This document shows, one piece after another, positions 49,725 to 61,607 of a stretch of DNA of 64,000 nucleotides (position 1 is the first letter of the stretch; each line of letters opens with the position of its first letter). Under the pieces are notes generated by a model that made no database searches, was not told the DNA's origin, and saw only the letters and a program-made list of their open reading frames with translations. A program made the translations under genes and the position numbers. The DNA comes from Camelus dromedarius (Eukaryota), in assembly GCF_036321535.1 (NCBI RefSeq), contig NC_087437.1:54190001-54254000 (forward strand), in the 5' to 3' direction.

Positions 49725-51079
49725 AAAAGTAAAAAGGGAGCTACAAATGTTATAATTGGCAGGCATTAACCTTTTAAATAAAAAATACTTGAGTAAAGCT
49801 GATTTTCCAGTTTAATTTTTTAATGTAATCAAAATGTACCTATTTCTGTAAAAAAGTTAAACTATTGAAAATGCTAGCTTTTAATGCTTACTTAGTTGAA
49901 AATATTATGAATCTATATCATATTTGTCATATAGATAATGTCTTAATCTACATACATACATACAAATTTAAGAGTAATATGAATTGTTAAATTTTGCAAA
50001 ATATTCCTCAACTGCCATGTAAAGCTGCTGAAAATCCATGCTAATTCAAGACTTCCTCCAGGGTCACGAATTAGAACGTAAAGAGAAGCAAGGAAATGGA
50101 CACTCAGTGCCATGTTCTTATTAAGGAGCTATTACATTCGTGCCATCTGAGAGGAAGGATTTGACAAGTTGATTAATTAATTTCCCTTACCTAAGTGCTT
50201 TAACCATGCAGATTCTTCCTGTTCTCCAAAGCAGTATCCATTTGCAAAGTAGGTAGTGACACAACCTCCAAACTTTCACAACATCCAGACACAACTGCCT
50301 TTTGTTTCAAGGATGTAAGGTAAGACATCTGAAGACCTGGGAGCCTGAATGGTGTTTCTCACAAGAACTGATGTTTTTGGTTATGGGTCTTGTTCTGCCA
50401 GCTCTGAGTACCAAATCCTGAATGACAGACGTGTCCACGCCTTCTTTCTCAGATGTATTTGTTCTCATGTTTGTGGTATGCCATGGCATCTTTCCTCGAA
50501 GGTTAAGCCAGGGGCCTTCTTGCCTGGGTCTTAGGGCAGCGCTGCCAAGAGCCACATGGATGCGTTAAGTAACATGGCTAAGAAACACCTATAGCCGGGT
50601 GAGACAGACCTACAGCAGGTACCACTGATGGAGCACCTCCGTGTGCTACCGACCAGGCTCTCCTCAGGGAAACCCAAGATAACAGAGCTGGTAAGAGGCA
50701 GAGCCAAGTTTTGAAGCCAGGACTATCTGGAGCCAAAGCTCAGCCTAACGACTCCACGTCCTGCCTCAGACAGACGGCTGAGCTGTGGGTGGGAGAGCCT
50801 CTAGCTCCCTGGAGTGGGTCATCTGAAGGGAGGCTCTTTCTGGGAAGGGGTTGGTGCTGAAAGCTGCCTTATTTCATGGCTGAGGAGAGTAGGACTGAAG
50901 TGAGATGCAGCCAGAGCGTGTGGACCCCCAACCGGAAGGCGACTGGGGGAGAGAGTCACTGCCTCCATCACATAGGTCTCCCCACATCTCTACCTTGTCC
51001 CCACGTCCCTATTGGTGCCATGGAGCATTCCTTCAGGACAGGCCACGCTCCTCGGCCCCCTGATCTTGCCCCAACCAAG

Positions 51080-51560
51080 TTATTCAGTAGTATCTCCCCC
51101 AGCCCTACCTACCCCCAGCATAGCCCTGATTTTAGTCTCCAGAAGCTCCATCTTGTCAGAAAACAATGCACTCTCTCATCTTTCCCACCTGTGAAAACAT
51201 TGTTCCTCTGCCTAGAATGCCCTGCTTCCTCCCACCTGTTTGAGAAACCCTCCTTATTCTTTAGGTTATCATTCAAACGCCACTGCCTCAGTCTCTAGTT
51301 CCTAGATTCCTGCAGAGGATTGGTCACACTCTCCTCTGTGGCTTCTGGAACTTTATTCAGACCTAAGTTAGAGCCCCATCACCACAGCAGGCTGTGATGT
51401 TTGCCCGTATGTCCAGATTTCTCACCGGACAACAAGCTCCTGTGGAACAGAAGCCATTTCATAGTCACCTCTGCACCCTCCCCGCCCCAACCTTATGCTC
51501 CAAGCACAATCCCTCAAATATAGCAAGTTCTTAACAAGTGTTGCGAGTTGACCTAATGGA
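51080..51560 (+). mobile_element. L2 fragment
   Basis: TGTTCCTCTGCCTAGAATGCCCT...ACAAGCTCCTGTGGAACAG degenerate L2 3' region. Confidence 0.55.
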
Positions 51561-54443
51561 CACATAAGCGCCAAGGGAAGGAGACCTTCGGGGCTTGGTT
51601 TCCTGGGAGGAGCTCTGCTCTCTGCACCCACGGTCCCCTTTGAGCAACGTCCCATCCATGGCATTGAGCCACTACTGGGACCATTGCAGCAGTAGGAGCT
51701 TAGGGTGGGGCTGATGTAAAAACAAACAGGGTAGACAAAAACAAGGGATGTGTTGAAACCTAGAAGATGTTCTGTTCCTTGGTGTTCAAACTTGCCACAC
51801 CTTCGAAGTCAGGCAGGTTCTTAGCCCGGTGCCCTGAGAGGATCCATTGTAGGTATAAAGGCTTTGGGATCATGGCCGAGGGGCAGGGGAGAGACCAGGG
51901 ATGTGAAATCAGCTTCCTTTGTGTAGCTTTCCTCTTTGTGTGCCTGTTTGTCTTTCCGGACTGAAGAAACCCTGACCTTCCCTGCTGTAATTACCTAATT
52001 GCTTTGACATCTCGGGCTGTTGCATCACCACAACACATTGTTTTGTCAGGGATACTGCACCGGGGTGGATCGAGGCTTAGGGAGAGGCAACTGACAGGAA
52101 ACAAGTCCTGACAGCCAGGGAAATGTTGGGCAGAGGAAGAGATTGAGGGGCGGGGGTGAAAAGAAGAAAAAGGAAATGTTTGGGATGGTGAGAAGAGGAG
52201 ATCTTGGGAAAGGTGGCAGCTAGGTTAGCAAAACTGGACGTCTCTGTCTGGAAGATTTCCCTGATGAGGCTTCAGGGAGACCATGACCAAGCAGGCAAAC
52301 CCGTCAGCTGCAGGTCCCTGAAAGGGACACAGTCAGAGAGCTCAGATCGCCATTCTAGGGACTGCTGTTGGCCGAGAAGCTCTCTTCCCTCTGGATCTCA
52401 ATTTCTCCCCTCAAAAGAAGGCCAGGTTTGGAATTTTTCTCACAAGCCCCCAAATGCTCCTTACTTAAATACTCTTGAGACACAAATGGAAGACTTAATC
52501 AAAATCATCATAAAGCCCTTCACAAGTATTCAAACAGTTAGGACTGGGGATTCTGAAAACAAACGTGGTCAAACAGAGTGTTTGTCAAAATTGTGAAACA
52601 CAGCTCCAGTGAAGCACAGTCCTGGCAAGTTTAACCTGGCCTCTCAATACTGTGTGGAGGGACTGAAGGAGCAGATGCAGAGAAGCCAAAAGCTTGAAGA
52701 TCTCGCAGTGTGAGGATGGAGAGTTGTACGTTTCAGTCGGATGAGCTGGGGTGTGGCTCAGGAGACCTGCGTTTTAGACTAACTCAGCATATTGCTTTAC
52801 AGACGTGAATCCAGGTTTCTCAGCTGTAGAATGAAAGCCTGCGTCTCTGCAGGGCTCGTGTTCCTCTGGCTGGGTGGGCAGGGCTTTGCAGCCAGATCCT
52901 GGGGGCCACAGTCAGCTACGACGCAGCTTCCTGGAACATCAATTTTACCCGATGGTAAACACTTTGAAACATTATTTTTTCATTCAAAAATGAATTCACT
53001 TGGTTAACAAATGCATTTGCTCCATGTCAGGTACCATTTTAAACACTGTTTTAATAGCAAAGTAAATTATGGATATATTTTGGGGTAATGTGAATAATTT
53101 TACATGATCTAAGGTAAACATTGGTCCCTAAAATTATCTTTCACAGGCAGGGGCGCTTCTGATTGTGTCCGTTCACTCTCACCTCCAGCCAGATAACACA
53201 GATTTTTTCTCTTTTGCCCCCGGGTGCCTGCCAATTGACAGGTGGGCCAGTGGTCTCAAGCCTTTTCCAGGAGATACAGCCTATACCATCACAACCACCA
53301 GAAATTAAACAAATCCTCGTTGTTGACAATAAGCTCAATATTCACTTCCACCAGACAAAAGTGGAAAAAAGGAAATTAACATTAAATAAGCACCACTACC
53401 TACCTGACAGGTAATAAGGGTATCAACCTTTTTGAAACAATTTCATGTGATCTTCATATTCATCCACCTGCAATATCAGTGTCATTGCCTCCATTTGAAA
53501 CCTCAAGAGAGGAAGTAGAGGTGCCAGGAGATTCAGTGATTGGTTCAAAGTCTCAGTGCTGATAGATGGAGGAGTCAAGATTTCAAGCCGCCTTGGTCTG
53601 GCTCCAAGCCAGTCCCCTTCTCACACCATGGCCCCACCCACCGAAGGCAGTGGTGCTCCTGTCACCTTTCCCTTTGATGTCTCTCTCCATCTCACAGCCT
53701 GGAAGTATCATCTTAAACGTGAGTGCCAGAGACACAGTGTTAGAAAGAAAATGCCCATGCCCCAACCCACAGGACCACAGAACGTCAGAACTGGGCCAAA
53801 CTGTAGAGACTGTCCAATGCCCTTGTTTCCAGAAAGGAAATCCAGGGCCTAGGTTATAAAATAAACATTTGTGGAAAGAAGCCCTGATGTTGGTAAGACG
53901 TATCCAACTGCAGCCCTGCCGTGTGCCCCTGAGACCCTGAAGTCCCTTAAACTCCCCAAGACTCACTTTCTTTTTCTATAAAATGGGATGGAATGGTGAA
54001 ATCATGGCATGTACAGAAGGCTGTTGTAAAGACTATATAAAATCATGTAAGTGTGAGATTTTTAAGCCCTCCAGGGCTATGTACAGATGTATATGACTCA
54101 CCTAAGTTCTCCCAGCACAGACCCAGTACTCAGATGTAAGCGTCCTGACTCCCGCTAAATATTCTTCCTCTGCTCCAGGGTGCTGGAGACCCTTCTTGAA
54201 GCTGCAGCCGCCCTGCTAACCATCAGGACAGACTTCTAACCCTTTGCAAAAGAGTGGATGAGTGCACACTTTTGTAATCTGACAAAATGGAGCAATAGCC
54301 AGTCTATCCTTACTCTAAGAAGCTCCTTGTGGGAAGAAAACACATGCTACAGACAGTGTGGCTAGTGCCCAGAATGGGCTGAACACTGTACCCAGAGCAG
54401 CCAGAGCTGAGGTCCCTGCCCTCCAGGAGTAAGTCCAGGCGAA

Positions 54444-54485
54444 GGGAGTTTCCCCAAAGGAAGTGACTCACTCAGGGAGTGTCCC
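54444..54485 (+). promoter_or_regulatory. NF-kB / ETS-AP-1 / kB-like composite element
   Basis: GGGAGTTTCC 54444-54453; GGAAGTGACTCA 54459-54470; GGGAGTGTCC 54475-54484. Confidence 0.5.
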
Positions 54486-56187
54486 TTTGATATGGCATGC
54501 ACTAGGCCAAATCTGTTTTGCTTACTGCAACATCAAGTCTGTAAACAGTGGGAATATGGAGTTTTCCTCCCCTCCCCCCACCCAGGATCTCCCCAGGCCC
54601 TCTCTGAATGGATAAGATGAACTCATGGCCAGGACACCCCGCAGAGCCATCCCGAACATACCACAATGCCTCCAGTTCTTCTGGGGCCCTCTCCAAAGTT
54701 CCCCCAGGACACTCCTGCCATCACTGCCCCAGCCCTGAAAAACGTGGAAAATATTCACTTTCTAGTGGTATCATTGGAGAAACTGAAGCCCAGAAAAGAT
54801 TCAACATCTGCCTGTCAATCAGCATTTTAAAACCCCAGCGGTACCCAGGAATCAATCCTGACTCCTGCTTCTCATGCTCAGCCACCAAGCCCCTCCCACT
54901 CCCAGCTCTGCGTCCTCCCAGGGAGCAGAGGCCAGGTGTCCACAGGCTGTGCCAGCCCCTGGCACCTCCAGCGCCAAGCATGGCACTTTGCACGATGTTG
55001 ATCAGTGACTGGGACTTACTTCTCTCTGACTTTCTGTTTTCTCATCTGCAAAATGCCAGATTTAAATTAGATGATCTCAGAGACGCTTTCCATTTCTACC
55101 TGGTACTTTTCAGTCAGCCGAGTACCTTAGCTTGGCAAATGAGCAGCATGGAAATCAGATCAGGAAAGTTGGTTGGGGTTCCAAGGAGGGATGGAGGAGC
55201 CATCATTGGGGATGCAGGGGTTAAAGCTGAGGGATGGGTGTGAGGGCTAAGCCCTCACAGAGCTCACAGCCTGGGGCAAACAGCAGTCTCACTAAGAATG
55301 GAGGTGGGCAGGCTTAGCTGCTCAGGGAATCTTTACAAGCTTGGGGGTTGGTAGACCTGGGTGCCTAGGTAGAGACTGACTTTGTTTTGCTGAGGAACCC
55401 TGGGAAAATTACTTCCTTTTTCCATACCTCCCTGGTTTTAAGTCATAAATGTTCACTCTTCTACAAGGTCATGAAAGGAGGATTTTCCCTCCTCTTCCTT
55501 GACAGGGGTGGAGCAGGAAGAGTCCTTCTTCCACTGCCTGGGACTCTCTCTTCAAAACGTAGAGCATGTGGCTAACTTTGCCCATTTTCACCTGGGAATC
55601 CTTTGGAGCAAGTCATGGCTTTAGTCCTGACTGCATGTACAGAAATATGTAGAAATCTGAGTAAGTTATAGACCTTGATCTTCTCTAATTCCTCCAAATG
55701 GGTTCCCTTTATCTTCCTTTTGTTAATGTTTTAGATCAGACACCCTGCTCAGAGGACACTACAGACTCTCTGGACTGGAAGTGACCTGGTGGTCTTTACA
55801 TCTAGATCTTCGTCCATCTCAGCATCAACCCACCCAGGCTGCATCTGAACATCTCCAGGAGCAAGGGTCTCAGTATCTCCCAAAGCAGCCGGTTCCATCT
55901 GGGGCAGTTCTATTTATTAGAAGGCTTTTCAAAGGAAAGCTGAAAGTTCCCTTATTTAACAGAAGCCTGAAAACCATCAGTGGCCAACTCACCAGCTATA
56001 TCTTTGGATCTGTCTCCAGCAAAACGGCTGGGTTTCCCCAGGACGATTACAGTCGTACTTGTAGATGTCTTGCCTCGGCAGGTGTTCCCACCTCCAATCC
56101 TAAATCTTTGCCTTCATTCAGACTTTAGGCCCATCTTGATCATTCACAAGTCCCAGAGTAACATATTGCTTGTTAAATAATGTTTGA

Positions 56188-56310
56188 TTTTGCCAGGTTC
56201 CAGTCCTTTTGCATCGATGGTTGTTTAGCAGTCAGTTGTGGTTTTGTTGTGATTGTGAGAGGAGGTGAGTTCATGGTCCTTTTACTCTGCCATCTTGCCT
56301 GGAAACCCCC
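56188..56310 (-). mobile_element. Short retroposon made of an L1 5' terminus only
   Basis: Minus strand GGGGGTTTCCAGGCAAGATGGCAGAGTAAAAGGAC...ACAACTGACTGCTAAACAACCATCGA; perfect 14-bp TSD TAAATAATGTTTGA at 56174-56187 and 56311-56324. Confidence 0.75.
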
Positions 56311-56369
56311 TAAATAATGTTTGACTTTGAGAATTCTTTTTCCTACTTCATTTTCTCTAAGGAACTATA

Positions 56370-56620
56370 ACTCAGTGGTTAATTACATGAGCTAATTCCA
56401 TAAACTGATCAGGTTGAGTCTCGGCTTAATCCAGGTCTCAGTTCTGACACACTTTGTAGTGGTGGGAACTTAGTCAAGTAACTTACTCTCTCTGAGTCTC
56501 AGTTTCCTAGTCTGTAAAAATTAGTAATACTTACTTGATGGGTTGTTTGAAAGAATTAAATTAAATAGCTCAATTGAGGTATTTGTCCTAGTTAGAGGTA
56601 GTGTTAAGGAGTTCTGTTTT
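56370..56620 (+). mobile_element. MIR SINE
   Basis: CAAGTAACTTACTCTCTCTGAGTCTCAGTTTCCTAGTCTGTAAAA core. Confidence 0.7.
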
Positions 56621-57356
56621 TTTCTTAGAGTTCATTTTAATGTTGAGTCCAAATCCATCTCTCTGCAGCAGTTACCATCTCCTTGGTCATATTTCTATCC
56701 TCTGGGACCAAGCAGAATAGGCTAAATCCCTCATCCACATGGCAATCCTTCAAATATTTCCGTTTGACCACAACCCCTTTCCATGGCAAAGGGCCTCACC
56801 AGAGAAACTGAGGTGGGATAAAGTGTATCCAGGGCCTCACCACAATCTGGAAGGAGAACCAAGAAATGCTGACTTCCCTGGCCTGGAGTGACCACTCCGA
56901 CATCTGCCTCCAAGAAGAGTGGGGTGAGCCAGGACTCCTGGGAAACCCAACTTTGGCAACATATGACATCGAAGTGTTGAAACATGCCACTTTAATGTGG
57001 CATTAGCTCATGATATTGCTTTATTTTCTTAATTTAGAAGAAAAGCACAGCTGCTAGAATTTTTAATATAAGAAGAAGAATGGTGGTACACCAAAGATTT
57101 TCAGGAATTTTTCCACAAGAGCACTGTACCCAATTGTGTAGCTTTTTTTTTTAAATTAATATTCATAGAAATAATTTTTTTCTATCATGCCAAGACCATC
57201 TTTTAAATTGTTTCCTAACCTCTCAACTTCTAAACTATTGACTCCTTGAATGATCAATGAACTCTGTCTAGTCAAAACAGTTTCTAGAGAAAAACAGCGT
57301 TTAATTACATAAACAAATACTTAGATTGAATTGCTCTATAAATTGAATGGAGATCC

Positions 57357-57387
<31 letters not shown>

Positions 57388-58949
57388 ATCCGTTACCTTT
57401 CTACCTGCTTGGGATATAAACATTAGTTGATACCATGTTTTGAACTCACAAGAATGAGACCTCTAGGTAAATGCAAAATATTAATCTCATCAGCCAGACC
57501 CATAATATAGCCTATATATAGATAAATTTCCTGTCTCTGCATGCTTTTCAAGCTTGGACAGTTAGTGTCAGTGACTTACCTGGGAAACTATAGAAGGGAC
57601 TGTTTCATTGGAAAGAAGAGTGGACCAGAGGCCCCTTAAAGATATCTTCCAACCAAGAGGTTCTACTTTTCTAATCAGTTATTGAGATGACCTGTGTTGG
57701 GGTTAAACAAAAGAAAAGTGCTAGTGGAGACTTGCTCTTTGGAAGATAACTCAAAAGAAATGTATTCGACACACAGATGGTCAAAATTCCAGGATTTAAT
57801 TATGCTATTTTCTATGTAATACTGAAAATTTCTCTAGCCCATAGTAGAAAGCCTGGTCAAGGTCAGACAAATCAAGGACCATATAGTTTTCCTTTCTTTT
57901 TTTTTTCTTTACCAATCTCATTGCCTAATTCACTGAGTATTTATCATGCAGAATAAATCTGCAACTGTTTTTATTAACCATCTTTAATTACCTGCAGAAT
58001 TTCCCATGTGATGTTTGCCCGGTGGGTTCCAAGAGTGCCCAGAAGTTGATCCTTTCTTGCAGCCTTCTGGACTGTCAACAGGACCTGGAACAGCCAGGTT
58101 GTGAGGCAGTTGTCTCTGATAGCAAGTAGTCTGTTTACCCCAGTATAACAAAGAAACACTGTCAGTTTCTTTGTGTGCTGTGGCATGGAAGGGGTTGGGA
58201 AGCATTGATCTTCATTGCCAATTTTAGGCCTTGCAAAATGTACAATATAAATTTAATATATTGGAGACAATCAAAACTGGCCACTTTTTATTTTCCTTAT
58301 GTTTGTTTTTAAAAATAAACTTTGGTGGAAACCCTTTCATGTGACCTAGTGGCTATGGATTGGTCATCCCTGTCTGACTCCATCTACTCATATGAAGACG
58401 AGTAGCTGTAACTTAGAAGGCCTAGTTGAAATCTCAGGAGCTCCCTCATGTAAGATGGGCAAAATGTTCTCACCAACATACTTCCTCCACTGCCCCGAAA
58501 TAGGCACTATCTTAGATGCTGCTCATTCAGCTCAGATGCAATTTTTCTGAGACGCCTTCTCTGACTCCTCCCATCCCATCACTAAAGCTAGAAATCTCCC
58601 CATTCTTTGAATCCCTGTAACTCTTGTTCTCTTCTTTCCTTACCGCATTTAACAATTTTCGAATCTGTTTCAGTCATATGATAATAGCTGTCCTGAAATG
58701 TAAACTTTGGGGAGGTAATGTCCAAGTCTTACTTTCAATATCCTTTAAAATATTCCTGACAGACTTGAATTACGCATAAAAAGCACTTAACCAGCTAAAG
58801 GAAAGACAAATTGACACTTTTCTTTGATTAATTATATCTGATTAATTTGGAAATTTAAGTTCCTTAGGAAGTATTTTAAGGGGCATTTTCGGGGGGGTTT
58901 CAAAAAATTCTGGAAATTTATGGCAGCTTATTTTTAATTTTAATAACAC

Positions 58950-59600
58950 AATCTAGACAAAAACAAAAGCACATGGAAAACATTAAACTTTGCTGTTAAG
59001 CAGAGAAGTACAAATGAAAACAAATTTGAAGCACTGTTTTTAATATATTAAAGTAGGAAAAAATTTTAAGCAAACAATCAATGCTTGAAAGAGCTGTGGT
59101 TAAATTGGCTAGTGGCATTTTAAATTAATACTTTTTTAAAAAAACAGTAACGAGAGTTAAAATGCCTCGGCATATTTCTCCAATCATCCCAAATGTAGGA
59201 ATTTTAGAATCCATGCAACGATAAGAATTCAGCAGCAACAACAAAAAGCAAAATATGCAAAATACACAAAGGTGTCTCTGACAGCTTTCACTATAATAGC
59301 AAAAAAGCAAACAAATGAAAAACAAAAAAACTGAAGACAGCCCAAATGTCCCAAAGTAAAGGAGTGGCTTTATTAATGATAAAGCAGTATCAAAAAGTAT
59401 ATTGTATTATTATTAAAATGCAAACTTAAAAAAAAATGCCTATTATATAATTTTTTAAACAATCAGGCCACAAAATGAAATGTGCATTATGCATGCATTT
59501 TAATGACGACAAGAAATAGACAAGAAAGTGCAAAATACAAATAAATGAATATGTTGTAGGATTCTGGCTTGTTTTCGGTTTTAAAGTCATTACATCATCT
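58950..59600 (+). mobile_element. Old L1 (L1ME-like) 3' fragment
   Basis: A-rich; CAAATGAAAACAA...TAATAGCAAAAAA...CAGCCCAAATGTCC degenerate ORF2-end motifs. Confidence 0.55.
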
Positions 59601-61259
59601 TTTCAATGACAGATTACATTTTAAGTAATTGAAAACAAAGTCTCATTAGCTTTGTCCTTGTGTAAATTCCCAGAGAGAACACATTATTCTTATTCGTTTC
59701 TACCTCTGCTACTTGTCTTTGATTTGGACCTGCTCCATCCTCTTCTCCGACTTCTCACTCCCCTAATTAGACTGGAAAAAGACCCTCACCAAGCAAGTTC
59801 AGCAGAAGCTGTGTATCCAAACTGGCAAACATCAGAGGACAGGGTCTGAGACCTCGCCCCCACTGTGGCAAAGGCAGACCCAGATTCTTCAATGACCACA
59901 AGTGGCCTCGGTTTAACAAGCCTTGCCAACAAGGCACAATGTTCCCGTCCTCAGAAATAGTCCCCGGCAGAGCTTCCAGGGGCCCATAAAAGTCTGCACT
60001 CTTGGAAGAATGTGACAACTCTGGCATCAAACACAGATTCGTCATTTTCTATAATAAGAGAATGTTCAGTTGCGTCAGGCTTTTTTAGCAGGGCCAACAC
60101 TTAGTAAAATTCTCAGGTTGTGCAAGTGAATTTTTGCCCAGCTCTAAACTCTTTTCCCTGCCTCCAGATAATCAGTTAAATCAGTTTACAAAGCCCTTTC
60201 ACATCCAATGTCTCACATGAGTCCTGTTTCTACCCAGTAAGGTCAGTGTTATTATTAACTTCACGTTTCAGAAGAGGGCACGGAGCCTCAGAGAAGTGAA
60301 ATGCCTTGCCTATGTCCGCACAGCAAGTCAATGACTGAATGAGAACACGAGCCCAGCCCGGACTTCTCCCGCATTCTGCCTCTTCCAGTCAAGGGACGCA
60401 CCCATCCAGTGCGCCCACTCGCACCAGTGTGCAGTGTACTGCCATCCCAGGGGCATCTAAACCATAAAGGAATGCAGAATGGGAAGGAGAGTGTATAACC
60501 TTTAAGGAGGAAAGACAAGAGGGGTTCCTAAGACGATGCTGACCTAGCCTGATATACTGGCGCCTTTCCTTGTAGATCAACTGTGAGGAAGCACAGGGGA
60601 AAAACAGGAAGTTGCAGAGAAAATTGTAAAAACTCCCTGGAGAGGCAGAAGCTGTTTTTATTTGGCATGTACATGCGTCTGGAATGGTCCTAACCTAAGG
60701 ACAGGGTATCCATGCTGCTATGCAGAATAAAACAAGAAAGGAGCTGTTGATTCTTAGGGTCTTCATCCCCTAACTCTGATTGCCCTGGGACAGACAGGGC
60801 TGGAGCTTAGACTTGTTGAGGAAGCGTGCTTTAGGTGTAAAAGCAGGGCAGGAGAGAAGCCCTGTGCCTGAGTGGAGGTGAGGAAAATATATTAAGATTG
60901 ACTGGTCAGGTGGTCACTACCCCATCCTCTCCTTCTAAACCCCCAGGGCTGGTGGACTAGAATCTCCTCTTCAAGGTGCTAGTTCTTCCTAAAGTAAAGA
61001 ACACATCTAAGGAGCTGTTTGGTAGGGTGAGGAATAAGTAGCTTTGGTTTTCGGATGCCTGGAATCCTCCACTTCGTAACCTCCATCCTTAACCCTTAAC
61101 CTGAACACACTGATGCTGACATAGATGGAGTTCTGATCTTCAGCCCTTCCTCCATCATCACTGCTGGACGAAGTAGCCCATAACCCCAGAGGAATGGGAG
61201 TTCATGGGCGAGAAAAGAAGCACTAATATTTCCAAAGTAAAACAACAAACTGAGTTACA

Positions 61260-61562
61260 GATTCCATAGGAACCAGAGGTACTAGAACTGACAGATCAAG
61301 AATTTACATATATTTTAAAGAATTTATTTAATTTTTTATATTTAAAGAATAAGGAATGATATTAGCAATACATAAAGAAAACAAAGAATCATAAAAAGAA
61401 TCAAGCAGAAATGTTAAGTATGAATATATGATAGTTGAAATAACACAATAAATGGTAATTAGTAGAATGGATTTTGCCTGAGGAATGAATCAGTAAACTC
61501 GGAGATCAGGTTTAGGAATTCTTCTTAGCAGAAAATTAATTAAAAAATATAAAACATTTACA

Positions 61563-61607
<45 letters not shown>

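Larger units (their letters stand above)
46400..50000 (-). mobile_element. Decayed hAT-Tip100 (Zaphod-like) transposon with nested insertions; ends approximate
   Basis: Minus-strand peptides in transposase order: GKFLDLVE (48810-48833), NFIGF (48529-48543), frameshifted GQ.YNDTNM (47392-47417), AHSLNLLL (47297-47320), YFGTIQRLY (47235-47261). Confidence 0.7.

Noticed and set aside
54608..55243. 211-aa plus ORF
   Set aside because: Runs through MIR-derived sequence (GETEAQ and LFSHLQN are typical MIR translations)
59704..59772. Minus-strand RS-rich peptide (RSRRRGWSRSKSKTSSR), possible SR-protein pseudogene
   Set aside because: Too short, with no RRM remnant, poly(A) tail or TSD
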